A DNA stretch of 64,000 nucleotides from Dehalococcoidia bacterium (GCA_965200975.1 OZ241740.1:1925836-1989835), one strand, 5' to 3'; shown: positions 18,916 through 29,099, counted from the stretch's first letter. Notes: generated by a model from the letters alone, not told the origin. Translations and numbers: made by a program.

Positions 18916-21755
18916 GCATGCTCCGTGTGCGCAGCGCGCACTCTCGCAGGCGCCGCATGTAGTCTCGGTATGTGGTTCATCGGGTCCGGGCGCTCCGAGG
19001 AGTCGACTTCCACCGCCAGCTCCCCGAACAGCGTCGTCAGCGACACTACCCCCTCGGGGACAGCATCCGAAACGACGACGACGCCGGAGTGTTCGGCGCC
19101 CCGATCCGTGACCGCCTGCGCCCGTTGGCCTTCCGCGAGACCAGCCGCAGCAGCGTCCGCCGGGTTCAGCAGCAGCTGCTCTTCGCGCTCCATCCGGTTC
19201 CGCTTGCCGTCGGCCACGATATCCGGCTTGCGCCCGGGCTGGAGCAGCACGCGGCCATGCGCAAGCATCAGCGGAAACTCCGCGTCGCGAGACGGCCGGG
19301 GATGCCATGCGACCGGCTGCAGCCGCGCCTTGCCGTGGCGAAACCCGTTCGCGTACAGCCGGGGCGACCCGGAAGCCGATGCGTCCGGACACGGCCATTG
19401 CAGACCCGCCGCAACGCTGCCCGTGTACATCACCTGCGTAGGCTGCGGCTCGTCGTCCGGAGGCGTCGCAATCTCGATGCGATCGCGGAGGAGCCGTTCA
19501 TAGGTTATTCCCGCATACTCCGGCGCCGCGCAGCCAATCTCTTCGAGCGTCTCCTCCGGACTGCCGCAACCGAACCCCGCGGCGCCCATCGCCCGGGCCA
19601 ATTCCGCCAGCGTCGCTAGGTCGCTCCTGGCGTCGACGCGCTTGTTTTTCATTACGCGGCGAAGGGGCTGCACGCGGCGCTCAATGCTCGTGTACGTGCC
19701 CGTCTTCTCCGCCCACACTTCCGCCGGAAACACGACGTCCGCCCGCTCCGCAGCCGGCGACATAAACGCGTCGCTCACAACGAGGAATTCCAGCTTGTTC
19801 AACGCCGAAAGCGTGTCCCCGAGGCCGCCGTCCTCGTAGTGCGTATGATCGCCAAGGACGAGCATCGCCTTCACGCGCCCGTCTCGCGCGCGGTCGAACA
19901 TATTCCTGTTGCCGCTCCCGGGCTGGGCGGGCAGCGGAGCGCCCCAAAGCGCGCCGAGCGCCTCGACGGCGGACTCGTCGGCCAGCAGATGGTGGCCGGG
20001 GATCGCGTTCGACCACGCTCCCATATCCCACGCGCCCTGCTCGTTCGTCCCGTGGAGAATCGGAAGAATCCCGGCGCCCGGCTTGCCCACATTGCCGGTG
20101 GCAACGGCCAGCGCGGCGGCCATTCTCGACGTCGTGCGTCGCGTGCCCCCCACCGAGTTGTCGCCGCCGAGCAGCAGCGCTGCGGGGCCGCCTGCCGCGT
20201 ACAGCTCCGCCGCCTGCTCGATGAGCCTGGCGGGCACGCCCGTCTCCTGCGCCACAGCCTCCAACGTAAACGGCGCCAGCGCCTCCACAAGCTCGTCCCA
20301 CCCATCGGCGTTTGCGCGCACGTAGTCGAGATCGGCAAGTCCGGCGTCGATAGTCCGCCGCAGCAGCCCTCCGAGCAGCACGGAGTCCGTTCCGGGATAC
20401 GGACGCAGCCACAGATGGGCGTAGCGAGTCAGCTCGACCTCGCGCGAGTCGATCACGATGAGGCGCTGCGTTCCGGCGCGCACCGCTCGCTTGATGGGCA
20501 CGCCGAGCACGTTCTGCTCCTCCGTGATGTTCGCGCTCACCGCCATAACGACTGACGAGTCCAGCAGCTCCCACGTGCTCATCGTGCCCGCGAAGTAGCC
20601 GAACACGTCCTGCAGCCCCTCCGCAATGCCCGGAGCGTTGTTCGAGGCGACATCGACGCTGTTGGACGCCATCACCATGCGGGCGAACTTCTGCGCCGCG
20701 TACAGCTCCTCGTTCGTGTTGCGCGCGCCGGCCATCAGCGCAAAGCTCTCGCCCTTGTACGCGGACAACCCTTGCGCCGCCGCCGCGATGGCCTCTTCCC
20801 AGGTCGCCTCCTGCAGCTTGCCGTCGCGGCGCGTCAGAGGCTTCCGTATCCGGCGCTTGTCGTTCACGTACTCGAAACCGAACTTCCCCCGGAAGCACGC
20901 CTGTCCCAGGTTCGCCGGCGCGTTCAGTTCGGGGACGGCCCGGATTAGCCGCTCCCACCCGTTCACCTCGTACGTCATTGTGCAGCCCACCGGACACTCG
21001 CCGCAGATCGACTGCTCCACGCGCGCGGCGCGCTCCCACTTGTGCGCCGTCTCCGTCAGCGCTCCTACGGGGCAAACGTCGATGCAGGCCCCGCAGAACT
21101 CGCACCCGGACTCCAGCAGCGAGTCCCCCATAACCGTGCCCACCAGCACTTGCCCGGCGCGCTCGGTCATTCCGATGGCCACGTCTCCCCGCAGCTCGTC
21201 GCACGAGCGCGTGCATCGCGCGCACACGATGCACAGGTTGTAGTCGCGGTCGTAGAACGGGTCTTTCGTCTCAATCTGCAGATTGCGGTACTGGTAGGTA
21301 AGCGGCGAGACGAGCTCCTGCGTGTGAAACCGCGTGGTGTCCTTCAGCTCGCACCGCTCGTTCTTGGGACACGTAACGCATCGATCGACCACGTCGACGT
21401 GACGCAGGCAGATGTCTTGCGGGCCGCACAGGTCGATGCGATGACACGTCAGGCAGCCGTGCGGGTGCTCGGAGAGCAGCAGGTCGAGCGTCGTGTCGCG
21501 GACTTGCGACGCCTCCGCGCCCTTCGTGTTGACCACCATGCCGTCGCGCACGGGCAGCGTGCACGAGGCGGGCGTTCCCCGCGCCCCCTCCACCTCGACA
21601 ACGCACATACGGCACGCGCCGTACGGCTTCATGCCGGGGTGGTAGCACAGATACGGAATGTACAGCCCTGCGTCGTTGGCCGCCTGCACCACCATCTTCC
21701 CCGGCGAGGTCTTCACCTCGCGCCCGTCGATCGTGATGGTGATCTCGTCAGCCAT
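18912..21755 (-). CDS. FdhA/NuoG-like iron-sulfur molybdopterin-oxidoreductase-family subunit lacking the Mo-ligand Cys/Sec
   Basis: [2Fe-2S] GACRMC, HPHGCLTC, CIVCARC, CEFCGAC and CGECPVGC clusters; active-site region reads NSVDVASNNAPG. Confidence 0.85.
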   Translation of the reverse strand: MADEITITIDGREVKTSPGKMVVQAANDAGLYIPYLCYHPGMKPYGACRMCVVEVEGARGTPASCTLPVRDGMVVNTKGAEASQVRDTTLDLLLSEHPHGCLTCHRIDLCGPQDICLRHVDVVDRCVTCPKNERCELKDTTRFHTQELVSPLTYQYRNLQIETKDPFYDRDYNLCIVCARCTRSCDELRGDVAIGMTERAGQVLVGTVMGDSLLESGCEFCGACIDVCPVGALTETAHKWERAARVEQSICGECPVGCTMTYEVNGWERLIRAVPELNAPANLGQACFRGKFGFEYVNDKRRIRKPLTRRDGKLQEATWEEAIAAAAQGLSAYKGESFALMAGARNTNEELYAAQKFARMVMASNSVDVASNNAPGIAEGLQDVFGYFAGTMSTWELLDSSVVMAVSANITEEQNVLGVPIKRAVRAGTQRLIVIDSREVELTRYAHLWLRPYPGTDSVLLGGLLRRTIDAGLADLDYVRANADGWDELVEALAPFTLEAVAQETGVPARLIEQAAELYAAGGPAALLLGGDNSVGGTRRTTSRMAAALAVATGNVGKPGAGILPILHGTNEQGAWDMGAWSNAIPGHHLLADESAVEALGALWGAPLPAQPGSGNRNMFDRARDGRVKAMLVLGDHTHYEDGGLGDTLSALNKLEFLVVSDAFMSPAAERADVVFPAEVWAEKTGTYTSIERRVQPLRRVMKNKRVDARSDLATLAELARAMGAAGFGCGSPEETLEEIGCAAPEYAGITYERLLRDRIEIATPPDDEPQPTQVMYTGSVAAGLQWPCPDASASGSPRLYANGFRHGKARLQPVAWHPRPSRDAEFPLMLAHGRVLLQPGRKPDIVADGKRNRMEREEQLLLNPADAAAAGLAEGQRAQAVTDRGAEHSGVVVVSDAVPEGVVSLTTLFGELAVEVDSSERPDPMNHIPRLHAAPARVRAAHTEHA

Positions 21756-21762
21756 TGGGCGG

Positions 21763-23550
21763 CTACTCCTTGCCGGCGCCGTTCGCGCGCGGCGCAATCT
21801 GCATCACAAAGTCGTCCTTCACCGACGCAGTCGGCGTGTCACCGAGCATCTGCGCCCCCCGGCGCGTGGAGCGCGGGCCCATGAACGCCTCGATAGCGAT
21901 CGGGCCGTCTCCCGCAAGCTGCGCCCGGAACTCGTCGCCGAAAAACCGCACGGCGCTCGCGAGAGGGTTGTAGCCCAATTGACCGTGCCCGCACAGCGAG
22001 CCCAGCCGCATGTTCGTCCCCACCCGCTCCATAAGCTCCATATCCCCCGGCCTGCCGTCGCCGGCGGCGATGCGCTCGACTATCTCCAGCAGGTGGCTCG
22101 TTCCAAGGCGGCACGGGAAACACTTGCCGCATGATTCCATCTGGTCGAACGCCAGCAGCGCGCGCGTCAGGTCCACCACTGACCGCTCCTCGTTGCAGAC
22201 GATCAGCCCGCCCGAACCGAACATCGCTCCGGCCGCAACCATCGCGTCGAAGTCCAGCACCATATCGAACTGGTCGGCTGGCAGCACGCCTCCCAAAGGC
22301 CCGCCGGTCTGCAGGAACTTCAGCCGCTTGCCGCCCGGATCTCCTCCCCCAAGCTCCTCGACGACCTGGCGCACCGTAACCCCGAACGGGACTTCGACGA
22401 GGCCGGGGCGCGCTATGTCGCCGGAGAGGCATGCAATCGCCGTGCCGGAGCTCTTCTCCGTGCCGATGCCCGAGAACCACTCTGCGCCGCGCCGCACAAT
22501 CTCCGGCGCGTAGCTCAGCGTCTTGATGTTGTTGATGTTCGAGGGCTTCCCCCACACTCCGTACGCCGCCGGGAACGGCGGGCGGAAGCGCGGCATCGAG
22601 CGCTTCCCCTCGATAGCCTCCATCAGCGCCGTCTCCTCGCCGGCCACATACGACTCCCCGACGAGAGAGACCTCCATATCGAACGAAAACTCCGAGCCGA
22701 GAATGCGCTCGCCGAGCAGCCCGTTCCCGTAGCACGCCTCTATCGCCGCCCGCGTCCGCTCTATCGGCGCATCATGGCCGTGACGGATGAACACGATGCC
22801 GTTCGACGCGCCCGTCGCATAGCCGGCGATGATGCATCCCTCGACCAGCGTAAACGGGTCGGTCTCCAGAATCGTCTTGTCGTTGAACGCGCCCGGATCG
22901 CCCTCTTCGCAGTTGCACAGAATGTACTTCTGCGGCGACGGGTTGCCGGCAAGGAACCCCCACTTCACGCCGGTCGGAAACGCTGCGCCTCCCCTGCCCC
23001 GCAGCCCCGAGCTCTTCACCTCTCCCAGCGTCTGCTCGGGGGTGAGCTCCGTCAGCGCCTTATCCAGCCCCGCGAACCCTCCGCAGGCTACATACTGATC
23101 AAGCTCCAGCGGGTCGATCTCCCCGGCGTTCCGGAGCGCAACCCGCGTCTGAAGCCGCATCATGGGCAAGTCTTCCAGCCGCGGGACTCCCGCCACGTCG
23201 CCATCGACTGTCGCCATCGCCAGCCCGGCTACGGGCTCGCCTCCGACGATATGCTTCTCGACGATCTCCCGGGCCTGCTCCGCGCCGACGTTGCCGTAGA
23301 GCACCCGCGGGCCGCCCGGCGTATGGACGTCGACGATAGGCTCCGCGTAGCAGAGCCCTCGCGTGCCGACTTCCGACACGACAGCGTCCGCGCCGGACTG
23401 CGCGATAGCCTGCCGCAGCGCATCGAGCACAGGCCCCGCGCCCGCCGCCATACCCATCAGGCCTGTGGTTACGCGCAGCCACGGCCTGGCGTGCAGCGTC
23501 TCCCAGGCGCCGGCGGCGCGCTCGGCGAGCGCCTTGTACGCTTCCGTCAC
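21763..23550 (-). CDS. NuoF/HydB-like FMN/NADH-binding subunit
   Basis: SGLRGRGGAAFPTG, EGDPGAF, GEETAL, ESCGKCFPCR, SLCGHG. Confidence 0.9.
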   Translation of the reverse strand: MTEAYKALAERAAGAWETLHARPWLRVTTGLMGMAAGAGPVLDALRQAIAQSGADAVVSEVGTRGLCYAEPIVDVHTPGGPRVLYGNVGAEQAREIVEKHIVGGEPVAGLAMATVDGDVAGVPRLEDLPMMRLQTRVALRNAGEIDPLELDQYVACGGFAGLDKALTELTPEQTLGEVKSSGLRGRGGAAFPTGVKWGFLAGNPSPQKYILCNCEEGDPGAFNDKTILETDPFTLVEGCIIAGYATGASNGIVFIRHGHDAPIERTRAAIEACYGNGLLGERILGSEFSFDMEVSLVGESYVAGEETALMEAIEGKRSMPRFRPPFPAAYGVWGKPSNINNIKTLSYAPEIVRRGAEWFSGIGTEKSSGTAIACLSGDIARPGLVEVPFGVTVRQVVEELGGGDPGGKRLKFLQTGGPLGGVLPADQFDMVLDFDAMVAAGAMFGSGGLIVCNEERSVVDLTRALLAFDQMESCGKCFPCRLGTSHLLEIVERIAAGDGRPGDMELMERVGTNMRLGSLCGHGQLGYNPLASAVRFFGDEFRAQLAGDGPIAIEAFMGPRSTRRGAQMLGDTPTASVKDDFVMQIAPRANGAGKE

Positions 23551-24083
23551 GCGTTTCGCTCCTGACTGTTCCCGCCGCCCGACCGCAACAGGTCGATCCG
23601 GCGGAGCGCGTCCTCGAGCGTCATCCGCCCCGCAACCTCATGGTCGAAGCTCATCGCCGGCCCATGGGGGCAAACGCCAAGGCACGTGTTGTACTTGAAC
23701 GAAATCTCGCCGTCTGCAGTGTCCCCCTCGCCAGTCAACTCCAGGCTTTGGGCTACGCCCTGCAGGATCCGCTGCGCGCCGAGCACGTGACACGTGGGGC
23801 CCCAGCAGATCTCGACCTGGCGCCTCGCAGGGGGCGTGAACCGGAAGTTCGGATAGAACGACGCCACGCTCCACACCTCGTTCACGCTCGAACCTGTGTG
23901 TTGTGCGACCTCGTCTATCGCCTCGTACGGCAGATAGCGCAATTCGTCGTGCGCCGCAAGCAGCGACGACAGGACGGTCACTGTCTTCGCCGGCTGCTCG
24001 CGCACCGCCCGGCGCGACCGTTCGCGCAACGATCCGGAGGCGTCGGGATCCTGGGATGCGGGCGGTCGCGATGTAGTCGTCAT
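23547..24083 (-). CDS. NuoE/HydC-like [2Fe-2S] subunit
   Basis: SVASFYPNF, ICWGPTCH, TCLGVCPHGP. Confidence 0.88.
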   Translation of the reverse strand: MTTTSRPPASQDPDASGSLRERSRRAVREQPAKTVTVLSSLLAAHDELRYLPYEAIDEVAQHTGSSVNEVWSVASFYPNFRFTPPARRQVEICWGPTCHVLGAQRILQGVAQSLELTGEGDTADGEISFKYNTCLGVCPHGPAMSFDHEVAGRMTLEDALRRIDLLRSGGGNSQERNA

Positions 24084-24341
24084 TGGGCAATAATGGCTCG
24101 TGATTTCCCTAACAAACGGCGCCCGCATCGTAGCACGCCCCCCTGCCCCGGACAAGAACAGCGAGCCCTGCGCAGCCTTCGGCAGCCGGCTATCTGCCCG
24201 TAGCGGCGCGAGCCGATAGCCCCAAGCGAGGCGCGCCCGCACCGGCGCGCTGCTGGGAGAGCGTTCGCCCCCCAGCCCTCTCACGAGCTCCGAGCAGCAG
24301 GGAGCGGGGGACTCCTCCTTGCGTTAGGCCGACACGCCGGC

Positions 24342-25925
24342 CTAGCGGACGATTCTCGCGCTCGACACGCCGTCCACCTTGCGGAGCGCCTGCAGCATCT
24401 CGTCCGACACCGGGTCGTCGAAGCCGACGATCATCGTGGCGGCGCCGCGCGGCGCTTCGCGCCCCACATCCATAAACGAAATGTTCGCGTCGTGCTCGCC
24501 CGCAATCGTCCCCACCTTGCCTATCATTCCCGGCTGGTCGGTGTGCGACGTGAACAGCATGTACGGCGCGCTCACTTCGCAGTCGAGCAGGAAGTCGTTG
24601 ATGCGCACCAGGTGCGGCCCGCCGTTCACCGAGGCGCCCGCCAGGTAGTTCACCGCGCCGGTCGACCGCACCTCGACCCCCACCAGGTTCACAAAATGCC
24701 CTGCGCCTTCCGGGTCGCGCTCTTCCGCTACCCGAATGCCGTGGTCCCGCGCAATCGACGCCGCGTTCACCACATTCACCCGCATATCCGTCGCGTCGCT
24801 CAGCACGCCCACAAGCGCAGCCGCCGACAGCAGCGCGGCGTTGTACTGCGCAATCTCTCCAAGCACCCGCACCGACACCGACTCTATCTGCCCCTCCGCG
24901 AGCTGCACCGCAATCCGGCCCATCCGCGTTGCGACTTCCATATACGGTGCCAGCGCTTCACGCACCTCCGGCGACACGAAAGGCGTATTCACCGCATACG
25001 GCGCCGACCCGCCGGAGAGCACCGTCAGCAGCTGATCGACCACCTCGAGCGCAACTTCCGTCTGCGCCTCCTGCGTCGACGCTCCCAGGTGCGGCGTCAG
25101 TACTGCGGCGGCGTCGTGCACGAACGGGAGCTCTTCCGCAGGCGGCTCCACCGGGAACACGTCGAGCGCCGCGCCTCCGATCGCTCCGCTTGCGAGCGCC
25201 TCGTGCAGCAGCGCCTCGTCGACCAAGCCGCCGCGCGCCGCGTTGATGATGCGCGCTCCATGCTTGATCTGGCCGAACTCCGCCGCGCCGATAAGGCTCT
25301 TCGTCGTCGACGTTAGCGGCGTGTGAATTGTGATGAAGTCGGACTCCCCGAGCAGTTGCGGCATCGACGCCATCTCGACGCCCATGCTGCGCGCGCGCTC
25401 CTGCGAAACGTACGGGTCGTACGCGACAACGCGCATCTGGAACGCCCGCGCCCGGTGCGCCACCTCCGACCCAACGCGGCCCAGGCCAATGACGCCGAGC
25501 GTCTTGCCCCGCAGCTCGACCCCTATGAACTTCGCGCGCGTCCACTCGCCGCGGCGCATCGACGCGTCGGCCTGCGGAATGTTCCGCGCGAGCGCAATCA
25601 TCAGCGCGAACGCATGCTCCGCCGCGGCGATGGTGTTGCCCGTAGGCGCGTTCACGACGGAGATGCCGTGCTGGGTCGCCGCATCGACGTCGATGTTGTC
25701 AACGCCCACGCCCGCGCGGCCGATGCCGAGCATCTTCACCGCATGCTCGATCACCCGCGCAGTCACCCGCGTCTCGCTGCGGACAATCATCGCCTCGTAG
25801 CCGCCCACGACGGCGACGAGGTCGTCCTCCGAGAGGCTTCGCCTTACATCGACCTGATGCCCCGCCTGCTCGAGACGCTCGACTCCTTGCGGATCGATCG
25901 GGTCTGCAATCAGTATTCTGGCCAT
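24342..25925 (-). CDS. serA: D-3-phosphoglycerate dehydrogenase
   Basis: RAGVGVDNID, GLGRVG, INAARGG, TPHLGAST, C-terminal ACT domain DQPGMIG. Confidence 0.95.
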   Translation of the reverse strand: MARILIADPIDPQGVERLEQAGHQVDVRRSLSEDDLVAVVGGYEAMIVRSETRVTARVIEHAVKMLGIGRAGVGVDNIDVDAATQHGISVVNAPTGNTIAAAEHAFALMIALARNIPQADASMRRGEWTRAKFIGVELRGKTLGVIGLGRVGSEVAHRARAFQMRVVAYDPYVSQERARSMGVEMASMPQLLGESDFITIHTPLTSTTKSLIGAAEFGQIKHGARIINAARGGLVDEALLHEALASGAIGGAALDVFPVEPPAEELPFVHDAAAVLTPHLGASTQEAQTEVALEVVDQLLTVLSGGSAPYAVNTPFVSPEVREALAPYMEVATRMGRIAVQLAEGQIESVSVRVLGEIAQYNAALLSAAALVGVLSDATDMRVNVVNAASIARDHGIRVAEERDPEGAGHFVNLVGVEVRSTGAVNYLAGASVNGGPHLVRINDFLLDCEVSAPYMLFTSHTDQPGMIGKVGTIAGEHDANISFMDVGREAPRGAATMIVGFDDPVSDEMLQALRKVDGVSSARIVR

Positions 25926-25935
25926 CGGCGCGCCG

Positions 25936-27045
25936 CTACCCCACTTTGGCCGGCTCGTAGCCGAGCTTGGGCAGCGCGTCGCGCAGCGCCCGGAACACGT
26001 CGTCGAGGTCTTCCCGCGTTACGTACCCCATATGCCCGATGCGGAACACGCGCCCGGTGAGCAGGCCTCGCCCTTCCGCCGCAATGATGTCGTACTCGTC
26101 ACGCAGCGAAGCGAGCAGCGCCTCGTCGGTGATGCCCTCCGGCACCCACGCGGCGGTTACGGTGTTCGAGGCGAACCGCTCATCCTTCGCCACGAGGCCC
26201 AGGCCCATCGCCTTCAGGCCGTCGCGGGTGTACTGCGCCATATCCTGATGGAACTCGTAAACGGCCTGCATATCCCCTTGCGCCAGCATGTGCTGCACTG
26301 CGTAGTCGAGCCCGAACAGCAGCGAGATCGCCGGCGTCCATGGCGTCTGCCCCGCCCCGAGCGACTTCTTCGCCTCTGCGACGCTGAAGTAGAACTTCGG
26401 CATCGTCGACGCCTCAGCCGCCTTCCATGCGCGGCCGCTGAAGCTGATCATTGCAAGCCCCGGCGGGCACATCCAACCCTTTTGCGAACCCGCCACCACC
26501 ACGTCGATCTCCCACTCGTCCACCGGAAGCCTGATCGAGCCGAGCGACGAGATAGCGTCGACCAGCAGCAGCTTGCCGAACTCGCCCTTTACGATCCCTG
26601 CTATCGTCTCCAGATCGTTCGTGATGCCCGTCGACGTCTCGTTGTGCGTCACGAGCACTGCGGTCACGTCCGGGTCGTCCCGCAGCGCCTGGCGAATAGC
26701 CTCGGTGTCGGCGACGTCCCCATCCGGGAACTTGAGCTGGTTGACGCTTGCGCCGTAGGTGGAGGCTATCTTCAGGAACCGGTCGCCGAAGTTGCCAATG
26801 GTGACGCCGAGCACGCGCTCGCCGGGCGACAGCGTGTTGACGACCGCAGCCTCCATCGCCCCGGTGCCGGACGAGGTAAGCACAAACAGGTCGTTCTTCG
26901 TCTGGAAGGACTGCTGCAGGTTGGAGGTGAGGCGCGCGATGAGGTCGGCGAACTCGACGCCGCGGTGGTCGATCATCTGCTTGCTCATCGCCTGATAGAC
27001 CTCAGGCGGAACAGGGGTGGGTCCGGGCAAGCGAAGGTTCGCCAT
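25936..27045 (-). CDS. class V PLP aminotransferase (alanine-glyoxylate/serine-pyruvate type; probable phosphoserine aminotransferase substitute)
   Basis: PGPTPVP, SGTGAME, HNETSTG, VDAISS, GSQKGW, FRIGHMG; directly upstream of serA. Confidence 0.9.
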   Translation of the reverse strand: MANLRLPGPTPVPPEVYQAMSKQMIDHRGVEFADLIARLTSNLQQSFQTKNDLFVLTSSGTGAMEAAVVNTLSPGERVLGVTIGNFGDRFLKIASTYGASVNQLKFPDGDVADTEAIRQALRDDPDVTAVLVTHNETSTGITNDLETIAGIVKGEFGKLLLVDAISSLGSIRLPVDEWEIDVVVAGSQKGWMCPPGLAMISFSGRAWKAAEASTMPKFYFSVAEAKKSLGAGQTPWTPAISLLFGLDYAVQHMLAQGDMQAVYEFHQDMAQYTRDGLKAMGLGLVAKDERFASNTVTAAWVPEGITDEALLASLRDEYDIIAAEGRGLLTGRVFRIGHMGYVTREDLDDVFRALRDALPKLGYEPAKVG

Positions 27046-27193
27046 TCGAATGGCCTCCTAACCGGGAGAATACGCGCGTATCAGCGGACAGCGCCCGAAT
27101 CAAGCGCCACCGGCAATTATACGGGCAGGCCGCCTCCTCCTTCAAGGCGCGCGGAGCCACAGCCGACTCTAACCGCTAGGAGACACCTGCGGC

Positions 27194-27215
27194 TATAATC
27201 CCCGCCAAGGGAGGA
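27194..27215 (+). promoter_or_regulatory. -10 box TATAAT and RBS for the nuclease gene
   Basis: TATAAT at 27194-27199, GGGAGGA before ATG 27219. Confidence 0.5.
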
Positions 27216-27218
27216 ACT

Positions 27219-28019
27219 ATGTTCGACGACCTGATACGAACGATTGACATCCTTCGTGAGCGCATCCGCAGCTATCGGGGCGACATGGGGACTAATGAAA
27301 CCAGAACACGGATGGCGCTCATCGACCCCCTGCTTACAGCGCTGGGTTGGGATACGTCCGACCCTGCGCTCGTGACCCCCGAATACTCCATCGAGAACCG
27401 TAGAGCCGACTATGCCCTAAAACCCCCTAGTTCAACCCTGCCGGCCATGTTCATCGAGGCCAAGAAACTAGGCGAAGGATTCGAGCAGCACCGCGAACAG
27501 ATGACGAACTACTCCAACATGGCTGGGGTTAGGTACGCTGCGCTCACCGATGGCGATCGATGGGAAGTGTACGAGGTATTCAAGCAAGCCCCGCTCAATG
27601 AACGACGTGTCGTCGAACTGTCTATCTCACAGAATCCATCCTACAAGTGCGCCCTCCAGCTTCTGCTCCTGTGGCGCCCCAATCTGGAGCTCGGCTCCCC
27701 CATTCCCGCCAATGAGCCGGGACTCGTCGACCCCACTACGCCTATTCCTCCGCCTCCCCCGCCTCAGCCAGGGGAAGGAATCCCCATTCGCTTGATATAC
27801 AAAGAGCAAGAGCGCCACGCGACGCTGTTGCCCAACGGCGAAGTGCAGTTGGCCGACGGGCGCGTTCAATCTCCGAAGGAGGCCCGCAATACCGTCGCCC
27901 AAGCAATGGGTGCGTCGCCAGGGACATCCCAGCGCTTGGGGTATTGGAAATACCAAAACGAGAGCGGCAAGTGGCGCTCGATACGTAAACTGCTGAAAGC
28001 GGCCAGTGGCGCCGGATAA
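27219..28019 (+). CDS. HsdR_N-like PD-(D/E)XK nuclease fused to a C-terminal RAMA-like domain
   Basis: NETRTRMALIDPLLTALGWD, PEY, RADYAL, FIEAKK, LTDGDRW; Pro linker; C-terminal YKEQERHATLLPNGEVQLADGRVQSP...YWKY...WRSI. Confidence 0.7.
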   Translation: MFDDLIRTIDILRERIRSYRGDMGTNETRTRMALIDPLLTALGWDTSDPALVTPEYSIENRRADYALKPPSSTLPAMFIEAKKLGEGFEQHREQMTNYSNMAGVRYAALTDGDRWEVYEVFKQAPLNERRVVELSISQNPSYKCALQLLLLWRPNLELGSPIPANEPGLVDPTTPIPPPPPPQPGEGIPIRLIYKEQERHATLLPNGEVQLADGRVQSPKEARNTVAQAMGASPGTSQRLGYWKYQNESGKWRSIRKLLKAASGAG

Positions 28020-28078
28020 GCAGACTACGAGATAGCGCCGCCACATAACCCCCTACCCTTCCTGCCCACGCGGGAGCC

Positions 28079-28408
28079 ATGCTCGACGACCTCGGCGCAA
28101 TCCCCATCCGTCTGACCCACAACGGGCAGGAGCATCACGCCATCCTCCTGCCCAACCTGGGCGTCAGGCTACAGGACTCGCATCCCGAAGCGTGGCTGCC
28201 CGATGGAGAGGCTTACTTCCCGGGCGCAGCCGCCCGCATCATCACCGGCAAGCATCCGCGGCCCTTCAGGGTGTGGGAGTACTACGACGAATCATCCGGA
28301 AAGTGGCGGCCCATTGACGACCTCCCCAACATCGAAGCGTTGAAAGACCGCATGGACGACCACGCCCGGTACGACCCCGCCAGGAAGCGCTGGATCATCC
28401 ACAGCTAG
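28079..28408 (+). CDS. stand-alone RAMA-like domain protein, paralogous to the C-terminus of the upstream gene
   Basis: IPIRLTHNGQEHHAILLPN...VWEYYDESSGKWRPI aligns with IPIRLIYKEQERHATLLPN...YWKYQNESGKWRSI. Confidence 0.6.
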   Translation: MLDDLGAIPIRLTHNGQEHHAILLPNLGVRLQDSHPEAWLPDGEAYFPGAAARIITGKHPRPFRVWEYYDESSGKWRPIDDLPNIEALKDRMDDHARYDPARKRWIIHS

Positions 28409-28427
28409 CCGGAGATTACGGCCTCCC

Positions 28428-28940
28428 CTACTCCAGCGTCCCTTCCGCCTTGTACTGCCGCCCAAGCTTCACATACTCGTCGGCGTTCATACGAACAAGC
28501 TCGTAGTGCTTGTCGGTGAGGGGGCCGAGGACTCTGGCCGGGATCCCTGCGGCGATCGACCGGTCGGGCACAGACCTCCCCTCGAGCAGGACGGCGCCCG
28601 CCGCCAGGATGCACCACGAGCCGACTGCCGACTGGTCGTTCAGCGTGCAGTTGTTGCCGAGCAGGCAGTGGTCGCCTACCGACTTCGCATGGCACACTAC
28701 GGCGTGGCCGAGCGTTACGTAGTCGCCGATGGTCATATTGCCGTCGGCGTGGCAGATGGAGCCATCCTGAATGTTCGTCCCTTCCCCGATCAGCATCGCG
28801 CCGCGGTCCGAGCGCAACACCACGCCGGGCCAGATGGAGGCGTACGCCCCGATCCGCACATCGCCGATGATGTAGGCGAACTCGCTTACGAACGCGGTGG
28901 GGTGAATCTGGGGCGACTTGCCGGCAAGCGAACGGATCAT
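28428..28940 (-). CDS. gamma-carbonic-anhydrase family hexapeptide protein (YrdA/PaaY/CaiE-like)
   Basis: IIGDVRIG, IWPGVVLRSD, NIQDGSICH, LGHAVVCH. Confidence 0.88.
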   Translation of the reverse strand: MIRSLAGKSPQIHPTAFVSEFAYIIGDVRIGAYASIWPGVVLRSDRGAMLIGEGTNIQDGSICHADGNMTIGDYVTLGHAVVCHAKSVGDHCLLGNNCTLNDQSAVGSWCILAAGAVLLEGRSVPDRSIAAGIPARVLGPLTDKHYELVRMNADEYVKLGRQYKAEGTLE

Positions 28941-29099
28941 GCGGCCTCCGCGGCGTGAGGTAGGCGCCCATCATACGCCCTTCCCTCTTGCGCGCTGTCT
29001 CTCGCTCCTCCCGAAAAGGGGCGGAAGCGAGGAAGCGCCCCCCATAAACGCCGCTAATCCTCGCCGCTGCGATAGAATGCGCCCCGGCCAGGAGCAACG

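Noticed and set aside
18912-21755. Selenocysteine formate dehydrogenase
   Set aside because: No in-frame TGA and no Cys/Sec-His at the expected active-site position.
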